DNA of 64,000 nucleotides, taken from assembly GCA_965218425.1 (NCBI GenBank), contig OZ244621.1:928001-992000 (forward strand). Direction: 5' to 3'. Made by a program: the position numbers and the translations under genes. The DNA comes from an uncultured Candidatus Binatia bacterium. Its GTDB lineage: Bacteria > Desulfobacterota > Binatia > UBA9968 > CAXXLF01. The notes under the pieces were generated by a model. That model worked only from the letters and a program-made list of their open reading frames with translations. It was not told where the DNA came from and did no database searches. Each line of letters opens with the position of its first letter. The first letter of the stretch is position 1. Positions 21,177 through 30,908 of the stretch are shown here, one piece after another.

Positions 21177-21358
21177 TGGATTCTCCTATTTTGGATGACG
21201 GTCACGGCACAACAAGCAGGGGCTCGTTATCGCAGAGCTTAACAAACGAGATCCCAAGGCGTCAATGGCCTGCTTATACGAGAGAAACCTTACCCAACTA
21301 ATCTGAATATTTCCCTTGATTTGGCCGCTGGAGAATCGGATAAGCAACGCCTCGCGTC

Positions 21359-21491
21359 CTTCGAGAGCCGCAGGACCCCGAGGGGAATCGAGGGGCAAAG
21401 GCGCAAAGGACTCCAGGCTCGGAGAAAAAATAAAAAATCAACTCTTTGCGAGCTTAGCGTCTTGGCGCGAAACGCTTTGTTGAATTCGTTC
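21359..21491. repeat. Composite REP-like palindromic repeat
   Basis: CCCCGAGGGGAATCGAGGGG mini-hairpin, then GCAAAGGCGCAAAG ... CTTTGCGAGCTTAGCGTCTTGGCGCG inverted pair; tail recurs at 49183-49215. Confidence 0.55.
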
Positions 21492-21540
21492 CGCGCAACA
21501 GTTTACCGATGCTATTACAGCGCCGACGGGATTGGACGTC

Positions 21541-22923
21541 TTATTTTATATACCTGCTGACATCCACCCGCTCCAGTGCATCCCTGGGGACTTCGTTGCG
21601 CTTTGGAAACTCCCCTTTGAGCGGCTTCGTCGCGTCAACAACGGCGACGGCGTCACCCAACCAAGGGCGGAAGTTCTGCACCTGGCGAATGACCTCCAGG
21701 TCCTTGTCCCAATGGGTTCGGGTGGCCACCGCCCACATGACTTCTCGCTCCGAGAACACATCCACGTCTTCGTCCACCACCACGGCCAGCTTAAGGTTGG
21801 GCATTTCTACAAAGGCCTGCATGGCGGCTTTACGGGGCTCGTTGTTAAATCTCTTATCCATGGAAATATAACAGATGGTTCGGCCGCAACCCGAGGGTGG
21901 CAGGTTTATGGCCTTGATGCCGGGAATATTCTTCTTGATGACATTGTAGACGCTAGCCTCTTTGGGTATTCCCCCCAACAGCCAGTGATCCATTTGCCCC
22001 GCCCAAATGTCCTGCATGACGGCCTTCTTCTTATGGGTGATGGCCGTGACTTCAATCACCGGGACGTTCATCTGTCCCTGGTAGTAACCCATGACCTCGC
22101 CGAAAGGATTTTGAGATTCCCTCACGTTTGGAACGACCTCGCCCTCAACAATGATTTCAGCATCCGCAGGCACGAGAAAATCATCCTTCCAAGTCTCGGA
22201 TGGGGTGAGGCGCAACGGCTCCTGAAGGAAGGCGGAGGCGGTCAAGTAATCGTTGTTGCCGAACGGGGTCATACTGCACGAGGAGAGGTAAAAAGCCGGG
22301 TGGTGTCCAAGCACGATAATCACCGGGGCCCTTCTGCCCTTCTTTTCATATTCCGTGACCATGGTCTCCAGGTGATGATGGGCGTGGGCTGAGAAGCTCG
22401 CTCGCCTGGGCCCGTAGAACATGTTCTTGGTGAACGTGATGTCGTAAAAGTCATCGTCCATCCGCTTCATAACGCAAGCCATGGTGTAATAGGGGCCCAC
22501 ATCGTCCTTGTGATGCATGGGCATGGGAAGGGTTCTCAGATCCGCCTGTTCTCCTCGATACACGGCCTCCCTGCAGGGGGCCTTGCCGGGAGCCATCCAT
22601 TCCGTTTCTCCCCGCTGCAATTCACGCCGTGATATCTCCAGGCCCAGATCCATCTGAGACTTCAGCTCGCCCATTCCCAGCGCATCGGCACAGTACTGGC
22701 GCGTAACAAACGGATTATAGAACAGTGGGACAGGAGAAGGTCGCCCACCCAGGGTGAGGATGTTTTCAAAGAGCACCATCTTCTCCACACCTTTTTGGTC
22801 CAATTGCTGCAGAAACGCGATGGTCTCAAAGCGATTGGGGTCAATGGCCTCCTTCACGCGAATGACCGACCCCGGCCTTTTGTCCTCTTCCATGGCGATG
22901 AAATTTTGCAAGTCCTTACTCAC
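21541..22923 (-). CDS. UbiD-family (prFMN-type) decarboxylase-like protein
   Basis: VPADAEIIVEG, PFGEVMGYY, VVVDEDVDVF...VMWAVATR, DATKP; start GTG 22923 after AGGAG. Confidence 0.92.
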   Translation of the reverse strand: MSKDLQNFIAMEEDKRPGSVIRVKEAIDPNRFETIAFLQQLDQKGVEKMVLFENILTLGGRPSPVPLFYNPFVTRQYCADALGMGELKSQMDLGLEISRRELQRGETEWMAPGKAPCREAVYRGEQADLRTLPMPMHHKDDVGPYYTMACVMKRMDDDFYDITFTKNMFYGPRRASFSAHAHHHLETMVTEYEKKGRRAPVIIVLGHHPAFYLSSCSMTPFGNNDYLTASAFLQEPLRLTPSETWKDDFLVPADAEIIVEGEVVPNVRESQNPFGEVMGYYQGQMNVPVIEVTAITHKKKAVMQDIWAGQMDHWLLGGIPKEASVYNVIKKNIPGIKAINLPPSGCGRTICYISMDKRFNNEPRKAAMQAFVEMPNLKLAVVVDEDVDVFSEREVMWAVATRTHWDKDLEVIRQVQNFRPWLGDAVAVVDATKPLKGEFPKRNEVPRDALERVDVSRYIK

Positions 22924-23112
22924 ACCCGTCCTCCTAAAGTCGATTCTCCCCGTCGGCCCATGGGGCTTTTTTCCTAGCGTATTACTACCCTGCCCGCGGA
23001 ATCGAGTCAAATGCACGGTGGCTCCATATAGAAAGGTGTGGTGCGAGATGTTTCATTGGCGGTGTCCGAACAGGGGAAATGAAGCTTGCACATTCTCCAT
23101 CCCCTGTTACCG

Positions 23113-23478
23113 TAGGGCTTCGGGGACTTGCTCCGCTCCACGGGACTCCCTGAGCAACCCACCGGGCCCGCGCTCGCACGAACCTTCCGGATCTCGGATT
23201 ACCCGTGGGCGGACTGCGGCTTTCGTGCGGCGCAGACCTCGGTGGGTTGCCCGCTGCTCCGTCCATGCTTCGCTCAGCAAACCCTCTCAGCCTATGGCCG
23301 ACGCGAAGGAGCTGGTGCACTTGAGCGCAAGTTCGGTTCTGAGGCGTGCAAGCCTCTGCCAAGCTGAGGAAAAGCGGCATCGACTGTCTGAGCGTAGCTA
23401 GTTTCGAGGCTGCCCGAAGCGAGCGGCTAAGACTTCCCGCCGAGGGACCGCTGAAGCGAAGGGACACCAGCCCCCGTG
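23113..23478. repeat. GC-rich double long-hairpin intergenic element (repeat/MITE-like or structured RNA)
   Basis: GCAACCCACCG 23154-64 / CGGTGGGTTGC 23240-50, GCACGAA / TTCGTGC, GCTGGTG 23311-17 / CACCAGC 23465-71. Confidence 0.5.
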
Positions 23479-23557
23479 AAGCATGTTCAATCCCTTGCCG
23501 GGACTGATGTTCTCAACTGACGGAACCAGACTTTTTAACGCAGAGCCGTAGACAGAC

Positions 23558-23586
23558 TTGCGCCAACTTCTACGCGGCATTATGCT
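23558..23586 (+). promoter_or_regulatory. Putative sigma70 promoter of glnE
   Basis: TTGCGC-17 nt-TATGCT; would put the true start at GTG 23609 after AGGGAG. Confidence 0.4.
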
Positions 23587-26500
23587 AACAAGGGAGCAGC
23601 TTCAAAGCGTGAACGGACTTGAAGAGATAGCTGGATTGGCCCCCTCCCGGCGTGAGCGCATGGGGCGGCTGATCCAAGAGAGCCCCTCCCCCACGCTGGC
23701 CCAAAGCAACCTTCCCAGACTCATCGAAGCCGCAGGAATCGAGTCCATCCGGAGAGTTCCCGACGACTATCTGCCCGCCCTATTTCGTCTCTTGGGCGGC
23801 AGCGCCTATCTGAGCGACATCCTGGTTCGTGTGGGACTCGAGTGGCCAAAGGTCTTTGTGGAGGCTGTCACAGTCCCACGCAAATCCCTCCGTGAGCACC
23901 TCTCGGAACTTTCTTACCTGTCCATCCAAGAGGTCACCTATGACCGGTTGGCCAGTGGCCTGCGGCAGCACAAGCAACGCCAAATGCTTCGGATCGGCGC
24001 CAGAGATCTCTCCTCTTTGGCTTCGCCCATCGAGACCATGAGGGAGCTTGCGACTTTAGCAGAGGCCTCCCTTCATACCGCCTACCTTTGCTGTCGCTCA
24101 GAGTTGGAAAATGAATTTGGTCACCTTGGCCTTCCCGGCGCTGAGAACCGAAACGGCTTCGCTATCCTGGGCATGGGAAAACTCGGAGGGGACGAGCTGA
24201 ACTTTAGCTCTGACATCGATCTCATCTACCTCTACGAACAAGATGAGGGGGAGAGTAACGGGGGGTCTAAAGGTAAAACGGGACCCCGCGATTTCTTCAC
24301 GCGATTGGCCGAACGAATCACCCGGATCATGGGGGATATCACGGAAGACGGCTTTGTCTTTCGGACCGATCTCCGGCTTCGCCCCCACGGGCGCAACGGC
24401 CCTCTGGTTCAATCCTTCGATTCCACTCTGCTTTACTATGAATCCCGGGGACGGCCCTGGGAGCGCGCCGCACTCATCAAAGCCCGATGGGTGGCGGGCG
24501 ACAGGGAGCTGGGGGAACGATTTCTCAAGGCAGTAGAGCCTTTCATTTACCGCCGACACCTGGACTACGCCACCGTGGAAGACTTGCGGAAAATGAAATT
24601 ACGCATTGAGCAGGAGTTAGTGGGTCCCGGCGGGAAGGAACGGGATTTAAAACAGGGAACCGGCGGAATCCGTGAGGTGGAGTTTTTTACCCAAGCCCTG
24701 CAGTTGGTGAACGGCGGATACGAATCAGGCATCCGGGATCAAAACACGATCCGGGCCCTGGAGCGGCTGGCCAAACACAATTTCATCCCGGCCGATGAAA
24801 AGACAGTCCTGAGCGAGGCCTATATCTTCCTGCGCAATGTAGAGCACAAGGTACAAATGGTTAGAGAGGCACACTCGTTTTCTATCCCCAGGGACGAGGA
24901 AGCCGAACGGTTCCTGGCGCGTCGTTTGAACTATGTAAAGGGGTCCCAGGGAGATGAACGCCATCTCTTCTGGCATGACTATCACAAGCATACCGTTTTG
25001 GTGAGACGGGCCTTTGAGCGGCTCTTTTACAGTGCCCAAAAGGAAATTGAACCTGAAAAGACCTCCAGTCTCGGAAAGCTCTGGGGCCATCTGGACCATG
25101 AGGAGTCCGTACTGAAGGAACTCAAAGAGTTAGGCTTCACGGATGCCAAACGAACCTACCGCACCCTGCTGGAGGTGCGAGACGGGACATCCTACTCCCC
25201 CCCCAGTCCCAGGAGACTCAAGGTTATGGCTGCCCTGGGCCCTGCCCTGATCTGCGAGATTCTACGATTCGACTCGCCCGACCAAACCCTCTTCAACCTG
25301 GCGGAGTTCAGTCACAGGGTGGGAGGTCGCACCGGATTTCTCTCTCTCCTTGCGGAGAATCCCAGAACCATGCGCCTCCTGATCAGCCTCTTCTCCAGCA
25401 GTCAGTTCCTAACCGATCTCTTTCTCAAACGCGCCGAGCTGCTGGACAGCTTGATCCGCGTGGACCTTAGCCGGCTAAGAAAAACCAAGGACGAGATGAT
25501 GGACGAGCTGGCGAGTCACCTGGACCAGCGCGACGACCTGGAAGACAAACTCAACTCCCTCAGGCGTTACCGGGCGGAAGAATTCATTCGCATCGGCCTT
25601 CACGACATTGGAGGAGAACTGGAGCTCGAGGAAGTGATCGAACAGCTTTCCGATCTCGCCGATGCCTGTCTCCACGGGGCCGTCAGACTCGCCGTACAGG
25701 AGGTAGAGGCGAGCCTTGGCGGATTTCCAAAAGGAACCTTTACGGTTGTGGCCATGGGAAAACTCGGTGGAAGAGAGATCAATTACCACTCGGACCTGGA
25801 TCTGATCTTCATCTACGACGCCCCTCTAGGGGCCAGGAGCGACGGGGGCAGGTCGGCAGGTGTTGAGGCCCACGAATACTACGTGCGGATCGGGCACAAG
25901 CTCATGACGTTTCTTTCAGCTACAATGGAAGAAGGGGTTGTCTACAAGATCGACATGCGCCTTCGTCCCTCGGGTAACTCGGGTCCTCTGGTCACTTCCC
26001 TAGACGCCTTTCGCCACTATCATCAGACCAGCGCCCAGCTATGGGAAAGGCAATCCCTCATCAAGGCCCGCTTCGCGGCGGGGAACTCGGATCTTGGACA
26101 AGACGCTGAGAGGGAAGCTGAGGTCACCGCCTATGGAGAGGGTCTCCCGGAAGAAGGGATAGAAAGAATAAATCACCTGCGGATGCGCATGGAGCGAGAG
26201 CTTGCCGGGGAAAGTGACTCCAGGTTTAACCTGAAAAAAGGCAAAGGGGGGATGGCGGATATCGAGTTCATAACTCAGATGCTGCAACTTACCTATGGTC
26301 ATCTCCACCCCGCCATCCACCAGAGAGGGACTCTGGACGCCCTGAGGAGACTCAGGGACCGAGATCTCATGGACCAGACCGAATACGTCTTGTTGTCAGA
26401 GAGCTATCGATTTCTCCGGCAAATCGATCATCGCTTGCGTCTGAAACATGACCAGTCCATCGACCTGCTGGAGCGCGAACCGGGAAAGCTACAGGGTATC

Positions 26501-26638
26501 GCCAAGGCTATGGGCTACAGGGGAGACGGGAATAATAGTGAAGGGGAACCCTTGCTCGAAGATTACGAGAATCGCCGCGATCAAATTCGCGCCTGTTATA
26601 ATCGTTTTTTCAAGACAACCGGCGGCGAGTCCGATTAA
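23582..26638 (+). CDS. glnE: Glutamine synthetase adenylyltransferase/adenylyl-removing enzyme (start 23582 or 23609)
   Basis: Two nucleotidyltransferase domains GMGKLGGDELNFSSDIDL and AMGKLGGREINYHSDLDL; DLRLRP, WER, GGIREVEF. Confidence 0.96.
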   Translation: MLTREQLQSVNGLEEIAGLAPSRRERMGRLIQESPSPTLAQSNLPRLIEAAGIESIRRVPDDYLPALFRLLGGSAYLSDILVRVGLEWPKVFVEAVTVPRKSLREHLSELSYLSIQEVTYDRLASGLRQHKQRQMLRIGARDLSSLASPIETMRELATLAEASLHTAYLCCRSELENEFGHLGLPGAENRNGFAILGMGKLGGDELNFSSDIDLIYLYEQDEGESNGGSKGKTGPRDFFTRLAERITRIMGDITEDGFVFRTDLRLRPHGRNGPLVQSFDSTLLYYESRGRPWERAALIKARWVAGDRELGERFLKAVEPFIYRRHLDYATVEDLRKMKLRIEQELVGPGGKERDLKQGTGGIREVEFFTQALQLVNGGYESGIRDQNTIRALERLAKHNFIPADEKTVLSEAYIFLRNVEHKVQMVREAHSFSIPRDEEAERFLARRLNYVKGSQGDERHLFWHDYHKHTVLVRRAFERLFYSAQKEIEPEKTSSLGKLWGHLDHEESVLKELKELGFTDAKRTYRTLLEVRDGTSYSPPSPRRLKVMAALGPALICEILRFDSPDQTLFNLAEFSHRVGGRTGFLSLLAENPRTMRLLISLFSSSQFLTDLFLKRAELLDSLIRVDLSRLRKTKDEMMDELASHLDQRDDLEDKLNSLRRYRAEEFIRIGLHDIGGELELEEVIEQLSDLADACLHGAVRLAVQEVEASLGGFPKGTFTVVAMGKLGGREINYHSDLDLIFIYDAPLGARSDGGRSAGVEAHEYYVRIGHKLMTFLSATMEEGVVYKIDMRLRPSGNSGPLVTSLDAFRHYHQTSAQLWERQSLIKARFAAGNSDLGQDAEREAEVTAYGEGLPEEGIERINHLRMRMERELAGESDSRFNLKKGKGGMADIEFITQMLQLTYGHLHPAIHQRGTLDALRRLRDRDLMDQTEYVLLSESYRFLRQIDHRLRLKHDQSIDLLEREPGKLQGIAKAMGYRGDGNNSEGEPLLEDYENRRDQIRACYNRFFKTTGGESD

Positions 26639-26679
26639 AATTGAAATTCTCCGCCCCGGATCAAAGGACTCCACAACAC

Positions 26680-27636
26680 TCATCGGAACTTTCCATAGCG
26701 CTCCCGCTCAAGGTCCAGTTCAGTCTTGAGCCCAATAGCGTGCAGCGCCGAATCCGCCTCTTCGAGCGTGTTGCTTCCTGCCAGGGCCTGCGCGGGCCGG
26801 GAAAGGGTCTGGAAAACGATTGATGGGGAAAGAAAAAAGGTCAGTGCCGTCAGGGGAGTCAACTTCACGGTTCTCTCCCCGTGACGAATCAACTTTTCTC
26901 CCCATGCCCCCAGCGCACACTCCACGGGTATGGCGCTTGCCTCCGTATTGACCCTTTTAATCACCCCCTGCAACTCTGCCACGATCTTCGGGGTAAGGGC
27001 CCAAGCCCCAAGGAAACCACCCGCCTCCGCCACCACGCTCAACGCCTTTTCCACCTCATCTGTGCTCAATTCGCCGTCACTACCGTAGCCAAAAACCCCC
27101 CATATCGTTGGAACTCCCTGTTTTTCCAACTCAGCGCACGCTGCAAGCATAACCGAATCCGCAAGCGGGCTTCGCAGACCTTTCTCCCCTCCCCGGGCGA
27201 GGGAATCTCCCCCCACGTCGAGGCCGATGAGAAGATCCGCGTTGAATTCCTTAAGGGCCAGCTTGAGACCTTCAACGACACCTTTGACCCCACCGTTGAT
27301 ATCCACGAGCAAAATTTCCCGACCCAAGACCTCGGCCATCTTAGATTCGGCAAAATAGACACCGGTGCGGGTCTTGGTCTGGGAATTCGCCAACCCCATT
27401 CGGGGGTGAATGGGTTTTACGCCCTCCATTTCATCCAGGGAACGGGGACCGGGAAGCGGGTCATAAACGTATCGTTCCCAGGAGAGTCCCCCCAGGGTAA
27501 AGTTTACGCCGCAGAATTCTACAAACCGCGCCGCTGCCAGGGCACCCACAACGTCCCCGCCCCCGCCCACGCCAATGACCAGGGCGTGGGAAGAAGAACG
27601 GATTAAGTCTTCCAGTGACTGAATATTTTTCTCCAA
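26680..27636 (-). CDS. DUF1152-family protein
   Basis: GVGGGGDV, LDVGGDSLARGGEKGLRSPLAD, GYGSDGEL. Confidence 0.8.
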   Translation of the reverse strand: MEKNIQSLEDLIRSSSHALVIGVGGGGDVVGALAAARFVEFCGVNFTLGGLSWERYVYDPLPGPRSLDEMEGVKPIHPRMGLANSQTKTRTGVYFAESKMAEVLGREILLVDINGGVKGVVEGLKLALKEFNADLLIGLDVGGDSLARGGEKGLRSPLADSVMLAACAELEKQGVPTIWGVFGYGSDGELSTDEVEKALSVVAEAGGFLGAWALTPKIVAELQGVIKRVNTEASAIPVECALGAWGEKLIRHGERTVKLTPLTALTFFLSPSIVFQTLSRPAQALAGSNTLEEADSALHAIGLKTELDLERERYGKFR

Positions 27637-27694
27637 GGAGACATCTCATCAAGCAACAGTGTCGCCTATACCCAAGAACTGTATAGTAGCGGCC

Positions 27695-28171
27695 TTAATC
27701 TTCATTACCGCCCCTCCGCTCATTGCAGTCCGTTCTTATCTTGTTCCTGAGAAGCGCCACTGCTTTAGTCATGGTCTGTCTTTCAGTGGGATAGGCAAGC
27801 CGATTGACCGCTTCCGAAAGGGGCGACCAGCAGACCTCTTCAACCTCCTGATCATGCCGGCTCACATCCCCGCCAAGGGAATGGATCAGATAAAAATAGA
27901 CGCGCTTAAAAACTTTGACCGAAACGGAATTGTTTTTGTCCTTACCTGTGAACCAGTAAGTGATATCCCCTATCTTCGCCACCACCTCGCCATCCAGCCC
28001 GGTCTCCTCCCTCACTTCCCGCAGCGCCGTCTCCTGGAGTTCCTCCCCCTTTTCTACTTGTCCTTTGGGTAAACACCAGCGCGGACCTACCCGAATCAGT
28101 GCCACTTCCGTAGTCCCGTTATATTCACGGTAAACCACTCCGCCGGAAGATATTTCTCTAAGGGTGCGCAC
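27695..28171 (-). CDS. NUDIX hydrolase
   Basis: Nudix box LPKGQVEKGEELQETALREVREETG. Confidence 0.93.
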   Translation of the reverse strand: MRTLREISSGGVVYREYNGTTEVALIRVGPRWCLPKGQVEKGEELQETALREVREETGLDGEVVAKIGDITYWFTGKDKNNSVSVKVFKRVYFYLIHSLGGDVSRHDQEVEEVCWSPLSEAVNRLAYPTERQTMTKAVALLRNKIRTDCNERRGGNED

Positions 28172-28178
28172 AATGCCC

Positions 28179-28508
28179 CTACTTCTTGGCCTTGGCCAGC
28201 TCTTCCTCCATCCAATGAAGGTAGCTCTCGCTCCCCTTCAGGATGGGAAGCGCAATAACCTCAGGCACCGTATAGCTATGAAGTTCCTGAACCTTCGACT
28301 TGAGGCGGTCGAAGAGATCTTCCCTCGTCTTGATGACTAGGAGCTGCTCCTCACCACGCTCCACCTTTCCCTGCCACCAATAGGTGGATTGCACTTGACC
28401 CAGACGATTCACACAGGCCGCAAGCCGGCCCTCCACCAGGGCATTCGCCAACTTCTCTCCCTCTTCAGCTGAGGGCACGGTAACATAGACAACGATATAC
28501 GCGCTCAT
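28179..28508 (-). CDS. cutA: Divalent-cation tolerance protein CutA
   Basis: LAACVN, YWWQG, HSYTVPEVIALPI; start at ATG 28508. Confidence 0.94.
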   Translation of the reverse strand: MSAYIVVYVTVPSAEEGEKLANALVEGRLAACVNRLGQVQSTYWWQGKVERGEEQLLVIKTREDLFDRLKSKVQELHSYTVPEVIALPILKGSESYLHWMEEELAKAKK

Positions 28509-28715
28509 AACAAGAAGCTTACAACTCTCCTTTCCCACCAGTCAATTGGACCCGGCGGCTCCCATACCTTTGGACGCCCATGGCCATATGACTCATCGGC
28601 GCACGGGACCGAAAGCAATTGACCGGGAGTTCTAAATGGAATGCCAATTCTTTCAACGAGTTGAAAGAGTTAAGGTTGAAAGAACGGTGCATCTATGTTA
28701 ACTCCTTAAAAACTC

Positions 28716-29120
28716 TTGAGCAAGGTTATAGAAAATACTTTAAAGCAAAACATCGATTTCGCCAAAGGTGAAGGACTGGTCCCGGTGGTTGTCCAGGATT
28801 ATCAAACCCGCGACGTCCTCATGCTGGCTTATATGAACCGGGAGGCCTGGGACAAGACGCGCAGGACCGGCAAGGCCCATTATTACAGTCGCTCGCGCGG
28901 GAAACTATGGCTCAAGGGGGAGGAATCAGGCCATTTTCAGGAGGTCAAAAAGGCCCTTATCGATTGCGACAACGATACCTTGGTGCTTCAGGTGAAGCAG
29001 CGAGGCGGGGGGGCCTGCCACATGGGTTACCGATCCTGTTTTTTCCGCAAACGGGCCCCGCGCGGCTGGAAGGTCTCGGAGAAAAGGCTTTTCAATCCCG
29101 AGGAGGTTTATAACAAGTGA
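28716..29120 (+). CDS. hisI: Phosphoribosyl-AMP cyclohydrolase (monofunctional)
   Basis: [38 protein letters not shown]. Confidence 0.95.
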   Translation: MSKVIENTLKQNIDFAKGEGLVPVVVQDYQTRDVLMLAYMNREAWDKTRRTGKAHYYSRSRGKLWLKGEESGHFQEVKKALIDCDNDTLVLQVKQRGGGACHMGYRSCFFRKRAPRGWKVSEKRLFNPEEVYNK

Positions 29121-30007
29121 AGGAACTCAAGTTCGGGATTCCCAAGGGCAGCCTCCAGGCTTCCACTTCTGAGCTGTTCAAAAAGGCGGGGTGGCGGATT
29201 CGTGGCACAGATCGCAGCTATTTTCCTTCCATTGACGACAGCAGCCTGCGCTTGAGCCTGATCAGGGCCCAGGAAATGTCCCGCTATGTCGAAGACGGAA
29301 CCCTGGACGCGGGTATCACGGGAAAAGACTGGACACAGGAAAATGATTCGGATGTGGAGATAGCCGCCGAGTTCGTCTACGCCAAGGCGAGCCTCAAACC
29401 CGTTCGCTGGGTTCTCGCCGTGCCAAAGGATTCACCGGTTGAAAAGCTGGAGCAGCTAAAGGGCAAGAAGATTGCTACGGAAATGGTCAACTTCACGGAA
29501 CGATATTTCTCCGAGAGGAGTATTCCAGTGGACGTGGAATTCTCTTGGGGGGCCACCGAGGCCAAAGCAGCCGAGGGACTGGTGGACGCCATTGTAGAAG
29601 TCACCGAAACGGGAGGCACCATTCGCGCCCACGGGTTAAAAATCATAGCAGAGCTACTCGAGTCGAGTCCCCAGCTCATCGTCAACAGGGAAGCATGGAA
29701 AGACCTATGGAAAAGGCAAAAAGTCGATCAAATCACCATGCTCCTACGGGGGGCCTTGGGAGCGGAAAATAAAGTCGGTATAAAGCTAAACGTCGTTGAT
29801 CGTGATCTGGAAAAAGTGGTGGAGCTGATCCCGAGTATCACCGCGCCGACGGTTGCCCCCTTGTATCAATCAGCCGCCCTTCGTGGAGAGAAGTGGTTCT
29901 CGGTGGAAAGCGTAATCTCGGAAGACGTGGTGCGGGAGCTGATCCCCAAGCTCCTGCAAAACGGCGCCGTGGGAATCATCGAGTACCCCCTAAACAAGGT
30001 GCTGTAG
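29117..30007 (+). CDS. hisG: ATP phosphoribosyltransferase, long form
   Basis: [30 protein letters not shown]-terminal regulatory domain. Confidence 0.95.
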   Translation: MKELKFGIPKGSLQASTSELFKKAGWRIRGTDRSYFPSIDDSSLRLSLIRAQEMSRYVEDGTLDAGITGKDWTQENDSDVEIAAEFVYAKASLKPVRWVLAVPKDSPVEKLEQLKGKKIATEMVNFTERYFSERSIPVDVEFSWGATEAKAAEGLVDAIVEVTETGGTIRAHGLKIIAELLESSPQLIVNREAWKDLWKRQKVDQITMLLRGALGAENKVGIKLNVVDRDLEKVVELIPSITAPTVAPLYQSAALRGEKWFSVESVISEDVVRELIPKLLQNGAVGIIEYPLNKVL

Positions 30008-30057
30008 GTTTTCCGGGTTGCACTTCTATCCCCTCTGACCCAAATCCCCTTAGCGAT

Positions 30058-30850
30058 TCAATCGATTTGGAGAGTCCTAATCAACCTCATCGGATGGGTT
30101 CTGTGGCGGCCTAGAACCTTGGCGGCGGCGGCACGGTTGCCATTGGCCGCCTTGAGGGCCTCGAAAATGAAGTCCCGTCTGGCAGCGCCCATGGCCTCAT
30201 GGTACGACATGCTATTGGAGACATCCTTTACGGCCGGGGTCCCGAACCTGGCGGGCAGATCCTGAAGGGTGACCTTCTGACCTTGCTCTAGAACCACTGC
30301 TCGCTCTATCACATTGGCAAGCTCCCGTACGTTTCCTGGCCATTCGCGAGAAGCTTTTCCCGGGCTTCTCCGGTCATTTCAGTTAAGTTTTTCTTGGTCT
30401 CGCGTGAAAATCGTTGCAAGAAAAAGTGGGCCAGGTCCGAAATATCTTCCCTTCTCTCTCAATGACGGCAAGCCAATGGAGATGACATTGAGGCGATGGT
30501 AGAGATCTTCCGGAAACTTTCCCAACTTGACAGCCTCTTCCAGATTTCGATTCGTGGCAGCAACGATCCTTGCATTGACACGGATGGATTTGGTCCCGCC
30601 CACCCGCTCAAATTCTTTTTCTTGGAGAAACCTGAGGAGCGATGATCCGGCTCAAATGGCTTTGGAACAAAATCGTACGCCCCTTTCTTCATTGCCTCCA
30701 CAGCCCGCTCAACGGCTCCGTGAGCCGTTACAATCACCACTGGCACATGATTCTTCTCCTCTTGAGTTCTTTGAGAACATCAAGTCCATTCATATCGGGC
30801 ATCATATAGTCCAGGAGGGTGAGTTCCGGCCGGAAGGACTCAACTTTTTT
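30058..30850 (-). pseudogene. Decayed NtrC-family sigma54 response regulator
   Basis: Frameshifted pieces: REC (LLDYMMPDMNGLDVL; TAHG...AYDFVPKPF), AAA tail ([34 protein letters not shown]), Fis HTH (GNRAAAAKVLG). Confidence 0.88.
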
Positions 30851-30855
30851 CGAAA

Positions 30856-30882
30856 ATAAAAAAGGGGGCCATAGGCCCCCTT
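30856..30882 (-). terminator. Rho-independent terminator of the ferredoxin operon
   Basis: AAGGGGGCC-ATA-GGCCCCCTT hairpin followed by a T-run on the minus strand. Confidence 0.7.
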
Positions 30883-30908
30883 GATCAGGTTTGTGCAAAG
30901 TCTCCAGG

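Noticed and set aside
22754..23467. ORFs spanning the ubiD-glnE intergenic region
   Set aside because: Arg/Pro/Ala-rich translations of a GC-rich palindromic element with no coding signature
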